Source of the DNA: a virus
Taxonomy: Duplodnaviria; Heunggongvirae; Uroviricota; Caudoviricetes
Length of the DNA stretch: 9,261 nucleotides
IMG/VR virus record: IMGVR_UViG_2657245500_000015
Strand: one strand, 5' to 3'
Below are positions 1 to 5,620 of the stretch, piece by piece. Every line of letters starts with the position of its first letter. Positions within the stretch are counted from its first letter, which is position 1. The notes beneath the pieces are model-generated. The model had not been told where the DNA came from. It was given only the letters and a program-made list of their open reading frames with translations, and made no database searches. The position numbers and the translations under genes are program-made.

Positions 1-74
1 TTATCGTGAGAGTAATTCATCGGCACGTTAAATCATATCAGGCGTAATACCACAACCCTTAAGTTAGCGCTTAT

Positions 75-95
75 GGGGGGAAGTCCCCCTTTTTA
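75..95 (+). terminator. Putative rho-independent terminator
   Basis: G/C stem 76-80 (GGGGG) pairs with 85-89 (CCCCC), loop AAGT, followed by TTTTT at 90-94. Stop codons in all three + frames within 1-45 are consistent with a + strand gene ending just left of or at the window start. Confidence 0.4.
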
Positions 96-435
96 ACGTC
101 ATTTTATGCAGGGAATGTGTAGTTCTACACAGATTCTATGCAGTATCGGTATAGTCCCTTTTTATTCTAACTTATTGAAATATATAAAGAATCTGCAAAG
201 CCTCTTTTCAGGGAGCTATGCAGGGTGTTAGTCGTCCCTCTCCAGACACTACATATAGTGCTATATACAGGGCTATATAACGATATATAGATGTTTGGTC
301 ACATGGTGTAACTATCAAGAAACTTAATAGTTTCCTATGTGAAAGTTATTTCTGAGGGTGGGTAAGTGCTCAGGAGATTTCATGAGGATAATTCTTATCC
401 GAATCATCACGTAGAACACGCTTAAGCACAGATAC

Positions 436-458
436 AAAAAAGCCCCCATGAAGGAGGC
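436..458 (-). terminator. Putative rho-independent terminator of the recombinase gene
   Basis: On the minus strand the RNA reads GCCUCC-UUCAU-GGGGGC (6-bp stem with one G-U pair) followed by UUUUUU; it lies 27 nt downstream of the recombinase stop at 485. Confidence 0.55.
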
Positions 459-484
459 TATGAATCTATGCAGGTGATGAGAAA

Positions 485-1051
485 TTATTCAGCTTTAATA
501 CGCTGTACAGTTGACTTGGCAACGTTGAATTGAGCGGCTACTTTAGCGATTGAACTACCAGCAGCAAGAGCAGCTTTAATACCTTCTCTGTCAACCGCTT
601 TACCGTTACCCCTTCCAACTACACGACCAGCAGCTTTAGCAGCTTCATAACCTTCTCTTTGACGCTCAAGCATCATTTTACGTTCAGCTTCAGCCACTGC
701 TGAAAAGATTGTGAGAATCATCTTAGACGTGGGGTTATCGTCACCAGTTATCAGACCTTCTTTGTGAAAGTGAACCTTGATACCTTTCTGTGAAAGTTTA
801 TCCACCAGCGTTAATACATCCACGGTAGAGCGCCCTAAACGTGACAGGTCGTGTACATGGATAGTGTCACCTTCACGAACATAATCGAGCATAGCCTTTA
901 GTTGTGGACGGTCTGTATTCTTCCCAGATGCTTTATCAGTAAATACCTTATCCAGTACGACCCCTTCAAGTTGACGGTCTGTAATCTGCTGGATTGATGA
1001 AACTCGAACATAACCAATGTTAGCCATAATATACTCATTTGCCTTACTCAT
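485..1051 (-). CDS. Serine recombinase, resolvase/invertase family
   Basis: N-terminus MANIGYVRVSSIQQ matches the catalytic-serine motif of Hin/Gin/gamma-delta resolvase; also FTDKASG, DLSRLGRS, ILTIFSAVAEAER E-helix, and a C-terminal HTH (SSIAKVAAQFNVAKSTVQRI). The likely true start is the internal Met at 1027 (MANIGY...), since the ATG at 1051 has no SD. Confidence 0.9.
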   Translation of the reverse strand: MSKANEYIMANIGYVRVSSIQQITDRQLEGVVLDKVFTDKASGKNTDRPQLKAMLDYVREGDTIHVHDLSRLGRSTVDVLTLVDKLSQKGIKVHFHKEGLITGDDNPTSKMILTIFSAVAEAERKMMLERQREGYEAAKAAGRVVGRGNGKAVDREGIKAALAAGSSIAKVAAQFNVAKSTVQRIKAE

Positions 1052-1071
1052 TTGATGGATTGAGTATAACG

Positions 1072-1153
1072 TACCGATAAAGTGTTTTACAAGGCTAATC
1101 GGTATGGTTTTTACAGGGGGTTAGCTATACCTTTTTAGTATGCTATATCGGTA
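1072..1153. promoter_or_regulatory. Candidate recombinase binding (res/crossover-like) region upstream of the recombinase gene
   Basis: Inverted pair TACCGAT (1072-1078) and ATCGGTA (1098-1104), a further ATCGGTA at 1147-1153, and direct GTTTTACAAGG / GGTTTTTACAGG motifs. Its position just 5' of the recombinase gene is typical for res sites. Not validated. Confidence 0.25.
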
Positions 1154-1519
1154 TGCCTAAGAGATGGAGATGCCTTTACAGCAACTCACATAGAAAGTCA
1201 ATAGATATTTGGCTTTTTTGCAAAGGGGGTCACATAGCTGGTGTGACGGGTACTTAGCAGGTATAGACCTGTGATAGATATTTTCGAAGATTCGGGGAAG
1301 ATGAGATTCAAAGAGGGCTAGTCATTTTTTATAAAAATTTTCAGACTCTGAAAAGTTACTGTACAGATTTTATACAGATATCTTTAAAGTATCTGTAAAG
1401 ACTTTTAAGATAAGAGATAGATATCCCAGAAAGGATATCCGTTTAGAAAACCTGTTAAGTATCTCTTAAAAGAGAGTAAACCTTGTCAATAGTGATTGCA
1501 ATAAAAATTTTTATTTCTT

Positions 1520-2182
1520 ATGTCAATTGAGCATATTTTAATCGGGAAACATCATGGGGGTTCTGATTACTGGAGAACTCCATTTCTTATATTCCGCAAT
1601 TTGCACCGTGAGTTTAGTTTCAGTCTGGATGGTGCTGCAACTGAGCATGACACGCTGTTACCACGATTCACCAATGATATTCACAATCAGTCATGGGATG
1701 GTGAACGGGTGTTCTGTAACCCACCATACAGCGACACTAAAACATTCCTCCTAAAAGCCGCTGAAGCGGATTTAGCGGTATTCCTGATACCGTACCGACC
1801 CCACACCACATACTGGCTTAAGCACCTCTTCACAAACCCGCTTTGCCATGAAATCCGTATTCTTCATCGTGCAGTTAAATACCTTCCACCAGCAGGGCAT
1901 AACGGGCTTGCTATTAGGTCACCGTTTGCAAGTGCAATTGTCATCTTTAAAACTGAGCCACGCAGACATGAAATTACGCAGATGATTTGCTGTGCTGATA
2001 CATTGCTACCGTTAACCATCATTAACAGAGGAGGCTTAAGAGGAAGACCCACCATTTACCCACCTGAGACGCTCGACAGCTTCATAAAGCTATACAGGCA
2101 AGGAAAACCCATTAAGTGCATTGCAGATGCTCTCAGAATGCCTCTGAGCACGTCATACAGGATTGCGCAAAGGTTGAGCTAA
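1520..2182 (+). CDS. Dam-family DNA N6-adenine methyltransferase with C-terminal invertase-type HTH domain
   Basis: WRTP, FSLDGAATEHDTLLPRF, VFCNPPYSD and VFLIPYRP motifs are typical of phage (T1-type) Dam methyltransferases. The last ~55 aa (NRGGLRGRPT...LYRQGKPIKCIADALRMPLSTSYRIAQRL) match the GRP plus HTH C-terminal domain of Hin/Gin-type serine recombinases. No obvious SD before the ATG at 1520. Confidence 0.8.
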   Translation: MSIEHILIGKHHGGSDYWRTPFLIFRNLHREFSFSLDGAATEHDTLLPRFTNDIHNQSWDGERVFCNPPYSDTKTFLLKAAEADLAVFLIPYRPHTTYWLKHLFTNPLCHEIRILHRAVKYLPPAGHNGLAIRSPFASAIVIFKTEPRRHEITQMICCADTLLPLTIINRGGLRGRPTIYPPETLDSFIKLYRQGKPIKCIADALRMPLSTSYRIAQRLS

Positions 2183-2286
2183 AATTCTCATAAATATGGC
2201 CATTTACAAGACAGGTGATTTAGATATTAAGAAGTATCCCTGTGAACAATAAATGACCAATCAGTAATTATTCTGTGAAATAATTG

Positions 2287-2315
2287 TTGCAATCTATAAT
2301 CACACATGATATAGT
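2287..2315 (+). promoter_or_regulatory. Candidate sigma70 promoter (TTGCAA-N17-TATAGT) upstream of the replication gene
   Basis: TTGCAA at 2287-2292, 17-bp spacer, TATAGT at 2310-2315. Confidence 0.35.
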
Positions 2316-2548
2316 TTCATAGTGGGCTGATAAAAAAGTTCATGTCTTGAAGTGGTAACACTTGGGGAGGTGTCAGATGATTGACGTCAACAAGACCTCT
2401 CATTCAGGGTAATTACCTCAGCGTTTTAATCATCGTACTGTTTCAGGCATGGACTTCTTTATCAGTCCATCAATCCCCCAGATATTTTAATCACACAGGC
2501 TAATCGGTTTTATCCGGTTGGCCTTTTCACGTATGAGGTAATTTATGA

Positions 2549-3487
2549 ATGTCTAAATATAACCCAAATCAGTTTTATAAATTTGATGTGCGAATCTCTC
2601 AGCTTTCAGAAGAAATTAACGCAGCAGCAAGATTAATTTATATGGTCATGGTTCATAGCTGTGATTTCTATGAAGAGAAGTACAAAGCATATTCACCAAG
2701 TATTGACCATCTAGCTTATATGGCTGGTGTTTCAAAGAGAACGGCAATCAGAGCTATTGAGACACTTGAGAAACACGGTTTAATTCAGGTGCAAAAGAAT
2801 CAGGGTCGTCAAAGCACTTATCGTGTATTCACACTGGATGATAAGCCGGAATTACTTGTAAGACCTACATCACAGGAAGTTGCAGCCTCAGTAAGACAAA
2901 ATGACACCACTACCAGTGACAAAATGTCATCAGTACCAGTGACAAAATGTCATGGGGGTAGTGACAAAATGTCACCCGTGTTAGATAAGTTATTAGATAA
3001 AACATTAGATAATAATATTATAGATAAGAGTAAAGATACTGAACTTGATGTTGGTATCAATGAAGATGATTTTCTTTCTTTGGATGAATTAAATGATTTT
3101 CTCTCTATGAATGAATCTGACCTTGATAGTGAAGCTACTAAAGAGACCTCTAAAACATCTGACTTAGAGGAAGATAAAATCTCTGATGTGAATGAAGTTA
3201 GTGACCAGCAAGATACACCTTGCCGCCTCGAATCAACTGATGATGAATTACCGGATGTTGACCTTGATGATGAAGAAGACCCTGAAGAGGAATTGAAACG
3301 TGAACAGCGTAAAGCAGAAATTAAAGAAAGATTCAGAAAGGCAAAGCTAAAGAACAGGATTGATGAACTTGATGACTTTGATGATAGTGACGATGATTTT
3401 ACTTTTACACCAAAAAAGAAAACTCACACCGAGCCAAAGAAAGAAAAAGTTAAAGTCAGACGTGTTTATGCTGGAGGAATGTTTTAA
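2549..3487 (+). CDS. Replication initiator protein (N-terminal HTH DNA-binding domain, acidic C-terminal tail)
   Basis: N-terminal region (SIDHLAYMAGVSKRTAIRAIETLEKHGLI) resembles HTH-type phage/plasmid replication initiators. Four iterons and an AT-rich tract lie inside the coding sequence, as in lambda O/ori. SD GAGG at 2534-2537. The C-terminal third is highly acidic low-complexity sequence. Confidence 0.8.
   Translation: MSKYNPNQFYKFDVRISQLSEEINAAARLIYMVMVHSCDFYEEKYKAYSPSIDHLAYMAGVSKRTAIRAIETLEKHGLIQVQKNQGRQSTYRVFTLDDKPELLVRPTSQEVAASVRQNDTTTSDKMSSVPVTKCHGGSDKMSPVLDKLLDKTLDNNIIDKSKDTELDVGINEDDFLSLDELNDFLSMNESDLDSEATKETSKTSDLEEDKISDVNEVSDQQDTPCRLESTDDELPDVDLDDEEDPEEELKREQRKAEIKERFRKAKLKNRIDELDDFDDSDDDFTFTPKKKTHTEPKKEKVKVRRVYAGGMF
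2893..2975. repeat. Iteron array: four copies of the palindromic motif (a)GTGACAAAATGTCA(t) at ~23-bp spacing
   Basis: GACAAAATG cores at 2895-2903 (degenerate copy AGACAAAATGACA), 2918-2926, 2941-2949 and 2963-2971. Each full site has dyad symmetry (TGACA-AAA-TGTCA). The 23/23/22-bp period is about two helical turns. Confidence 0.7.
2981..3029. other. AT-rich tract with repeated TTAGATAA (putative DNA unwinding element of the origin)
   Basis: TTAGATAA at 2981-2988, 2993-3000 and 3005-3012 (12-bp period), and TAGATAAG at 3022-3029, immediately downstream of the iterons. Same order (iterons then AT-rich) as lambda ori. Confidence 0.5.
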
Positions 3488-3777
3488 TGAAAGAATATAA
3501 CGGTGAAAAACGATACAAAGATTATCTATTAAGGCGCTACAGCATTTCTCGTGAAGGTCATCTTCTGAAAGATACTCATGGGGAGGTTTACCGGATTCGA
3601 CCGAAGAAGGAAGGAAAGAATTATTTCTTTTTTGATGGTGTGACAGATTTAAAGATTGACGCTTTGAGGTTTGCAGTGATGTATCATTTTGATGTCTGGG
3701 ATTCAGTCCACCAGCTACGATTAAAAGACGGTGACCCCGGTAATCTGAAGGCCACCAATATCATCACAAAACGTTAG
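3487..3777 (+). CDS. Hypothetical small protein, NUMOD4/HNH_3-like (possibly degenerate HNH)
   Basis: The ATG overlaps the replication gene stop (TAATG coupling) and GGAGGA SD lies at 3471-3476. YSISREGHLL, ALRFAVMYHF and LRLKDGDPGNLKATN parallel the Y.VSN.GRV / HRLV / HIDGNK.NN.NL pattern of small HNH homing-endonuclease-like proteins, but the conserved His positions appear replaced. Confidence 0.6.
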   Translation: MKEYNGEKRYKDYLLRRYSISREGHLLKDTHGEVYRIRPKKEGKNYFFFDGVTDLKIDALRFAVMYHFDVWDSVHQLRLKDGDPGNLKATNIITKR

Positions 3778-3959
3778 TTTGTTTTACCATCATCAATCGT
3801 AATTGTGATTTCATATTTGAAAAGCTTAATGCTGAAATTGAATCGTGTACTTTTGGCGATAATCATTTTTAAAAGCTGATACACCAGAAGCACCAGAAAC
3901 ACAAAGCAACCTAAGCTTGCGAATCTGTGAGATTCAGCAATTGTTTCAAGAAAGCCCAT
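3774..3959 (-). CDS. Small hydrophobic (probable membrane) protein, 61 aa
   Basis: Minus-strand ORF with a predicted transmembrane stretch (LGCFVFLVLLVYQLL). SD-like AAGGGGA 5 nt upstream of the ATG, and a candidate minus-strand promoter at 4011-4038. Its 3' end overlaps the convergent ORF ending at 3777. Confidence 0.4.
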   Translation of the reverse strand: MGFLETIAESHRFASLGCFVFLVLLVYQLLKMIIAKSTRFNFSIKLFKYEITITIDDGKTN

Positions 3960-4010
3960 TAATTCCCCTTATTTATCAAAGGGAATGACCTGTATCAGCC
4001 CCTATAACCA

Positions 4011-4038
4011 TAATATCATGTAAATGAGATGTTGACAA
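4011..4038 (-). promoter_or_regulatory. Candidate minus-strand sigma70 promoter (TTGTCA-N16-TATTAT)
   Basis: The reverse complement of 4033-4038 is TTGTCA and of 4011-4016 is TATTAT, with a 16-bp spacer. It would drive the small hydrophobic ORF 3959->3774. Confidence 0.35.
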
Positions 4039-4060
4039 TATGTTAAATAAATGTTAAGAT
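4032..4060 (+). promoter_or_regulatory. Candidate sigma70 promoter (TTGACA-N17-TAAGAT) for the 4097-4812 operon
   Basis: TTGACA at 4032-4037, 17-bp spacer, TAAGAT at 4055-4060. Its -35 overlaps the -35 of the divergent minus-strand promoter. Confidence 0.4.
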
Positions 4061-4096
4061 TGTAGTATGAGTAAGAGATTTAAGGAGATTTTTACA

Positions 4097-4387
4097 ATGA
4101 CTCACACAGTTACGCGCCTTTTGCCAGAGGCATTTGAACGACTGGCAGCAATCAAAGCCAAATATCCCGATATGAAGCACACAGCGCTTGTTGCAGAGGT
4201 TTTAAAAGAGCCGGTAGACTTGACCCCTTTCGATAACGTTAAGGGCGTTGCAGAGGGTTCTAAGGCCATCAGAATCACAACGGGCCAACTGGAACTACTC
4301 AAAGCACAGTCCGCAGTAGCAGGTTGCTCAATGATTCAGGTCTTAAGCGCAAAGGTTCATCAATTAGCGGATAAGCTGGGGGTTTAA
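4097..4387 (+). CDS. Hypothetical DNA-binding protein, ribbon-helix-helix-like (possibly two tandem RHH motifs)
   Basis: The start is moved to the ATG at 4097 because of the AAGGAG SD at 4082-4087 (the ATG at 4067 sits on the promoter). TVTRLLPEAFERLAAIKAKY...HTALVAEVL and IRITTGQLELLKAQSAVAG...MIQVLSAKV each fit a beta-strand/helix/helix RHH pattern. Confidence 0.65.
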   Translation: MTHTVTRLLPEAFERLAAIKAKYPDMKHTALVAEVLKEPVDLTPFDNVKGVAEGSKAIRITTGQLELLKAQSAVAGCSMIQVLSAKVHQLADKLGV

Positions 4388-4812
4388 TGCTATGTACATT
4401 TGATTATCATGCGTTTTATCGACATAGAGGTCATCTTGTCCGTGAGAATAACGGAACATGGAAAGATTTAACTCGTAATGCTGAACCCTTCACACACCAG
4501 CAATTAAAATCCCGCTTCTCCAGATGGAAGAATGCACCAGCAGATACTGGTGATTTTGAGATTATCCATACCTTCGATTATGCCTCAGAAGATGACCTTC
4601 ACGATGCAATTAAGCTGATTGAAGACTTCAATACCTCAGAAAATGTGGATGGTGACAAATATAAATCCCGTGGTAACCGCTATAACCGTGATGATATCAC
4701 TCAGGCCATAAATGCTGGTCAATCTCAGCGATACATTACAGAAAAATATGGTATTTCACGGAGACAGTATTTCTACGTTAAATCATTGATTAATAAAGAC
4801 AATTCAAAATAA
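4387..4812 (+). CDS. Hypothetical protein with C-terminal helix-turn-helix
   Basis: The ATG overlaps the upstream stop (TAATG), indicating translational coupling. C-terminal ITQAINAGQSQRYITEKYGISRRQYFYV resembles resolvase/HTH_23-type HTH motifs. Confidence 0.65.
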   Translation: MLCTFDYHAFYRHRGHLVRENNGTWKDLTRNAEPFTHQQLKSRFSRWKNAPADTGDFEIIHTFDYASEDDLHDAIKLIEDFNTSENVDGDKYKSRGNRYNRDDITQAINAGQSQRYITEKYGISRRQYFYVKSLINKDNSK

Positions 4813-4971
4813 CCATCTCAGTAACGGTAGAATGCACTTTACAGGCAGAGTTGCACCTTAATTTGATAAATTACCTTACCAGCCAGTGCAACTCCCTCTG
4901 TAACCCGCATGGTTACTGGCCTCAGAATGGCTATTTTAAGAGGTCTGAGATGTGTTTTAGAGGAATTTAAA

Positions 4972-5295
4972 ATGAGCAATTACGAATTACAGATTTTCGT
5001 TGATAACGACACCGCTATGATGATTCAGGCTTTCAGTGATTCCGGTGTATCAATTGATTTTGACAGGCTGTTAAAGCTGATGGCTGATAATGCAGAAAAC
5101 ATCTCTGACTTTATTCAGTCGGTGGAGTTTAACGAGCCTCGAATGATGCTACCAATTACCGACTCAAACATGAAAAGATTGGTTATCGAGCAAACGAACA
5201 AACACAGTATTTCCCCAGAGCAATTTTTGAAAGGTGCTGTGACAATCCTGCACAGCGATAATATTCTGGTGACGGATTCTATGAGGGTTCACTAA
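4972..5295 (+). CDS. Hypothetical protein (107 aa)
   Basis: The start is placed at the ATG at 4972, preceded by GAGGA at 4959-4963; the longer ORF from 4909 has no SD. No family recognised. Confidence 0.6.
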   Translation: MSNYELQIFVDNDTAMMIQAFSDSGVSIDFDRLLKLMADNAENISDFIQSVEFNEPRMMLPITDSNMKRLVIEQTNKHSISPEQFLKGAVTILHSDNILVTDSMRVH

Positions 5296-5372
5296 TGGGA
5301 TTGATAATTGCTTGGACAGCTTTAGGTTTATTTGTTGGTTGCTGGGTGGGCAACACAGTAAATAAGAATTGA
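5295..5372 (+). CDS. Possible 25-aa hydrophobic peptide (MGLIIAWTALGLFVGCWVGNTVNKN)
   Basis: The ATG overlaps the stop of the upstream gene (TAATG at 5293-5297). The peptide is a single predicted transmembrane helix. Below the size cut-off of the ORF track. Confidence 0.3.
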   Translation: MGLIIAWTALGLFVGCWVGNTVNKN

Positions 5373-5396
5373 TGTTACCAATCTGTTAAAAAGCTG

Positions 5397-5425
5397 TTGA
5401 CAAATAACCTTAAGCATGGCATAAT
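5397..5425 (+). promoter_or_regulatory. Consensus-like sigma70 promoter (TTGACA-N17-CATAAT)
   Basis: TTGACA at 5397-5402, 17-bp spacer, CATAAT at 5420-5425; predicted transcription start near 5432. Confidence 0.5.
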
Positions 5426-5620
5426 TGTATATATGAGGATAGTCTTCTATCCGAAGTCTATAGGAAGAGCAATTTTTCCTAAAATCATATTTTCAATAAT
5501 CCGATGGATGGATATTCTGAGTTGGAAAGGTGCAATGCTTTTCGTCATGGCCTTTCAGTTTAGTCTGAGAGGTCATCTCAAAAAGTGCTTAATCATTCAT
5601 TATTGAACCCTTACAGCTTT

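Noticed and set aside
1-20. Possible minus-strand gene start at 18-20 (reverse complement begins ATGAATTACTCTCACGATAA) running out of the window
   Set aside because: Only six codons are visible, there is no SD, and the + strand terminator at 75-95 fits better with a + strand gene ending near the window start.
1554-2055. ORFs 1554-1754 (+) and 1864-2055 (-) from the six-frame track
   Set aside because: Both lie entirely inside the methyltransferase gene in other frames or antisense; no SD and no recognisable motifs, whereas the 1520-2182 frame carries the conserved Dam motifs.
1092-2510. 12-bp exact direct repeat AGGCTAATCGGT at 1092-1103 and 2499-2510 flanking the methyltransferase gene
   Set aside because: A single 12-mer match is about what chance predicts in a 9-kb window and the flanks lack convincing dyad symmetry; noted only as a possible recombination scar.
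2893-2975. Possible CRISPR array (short repeats at regular spacing)
   Set aside because: Only four copies, spacers of 7-9 bp, repeats dyad-symmetric and inside a coding sequence: iterons, not CRISPR.
3590-3603. tRNA T-loop-like string GGATTCGACC
   Set aside because: Lies inside a coding ORF, and no acceptor or anticodon stems could be built around it.
4102-4302. Minus-strand ORF 4102-4302
   Set aside because: Antisense to the RHH-like gene, Ser/Ala-rich low-complexity translation, no SD.
4909-4971. N-terminal extension of the 4972-5295 gene (start at 4909)
   Set aside because: No SD before 4909 and the extension overlaps inverted repeats; the ATG at 4972 has a well-placed GAGGA.
5397-5606. 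ORF 5397-5606 as called in the track (TTG start)
   Set aside because: The TTG start is the -35 hexamer of a consensus-like promoter, so the called N-terminus is almost certainly not translated; only a leaderless version from the ATG at 5433 remains possible, kept as a hypothesis in the findings.
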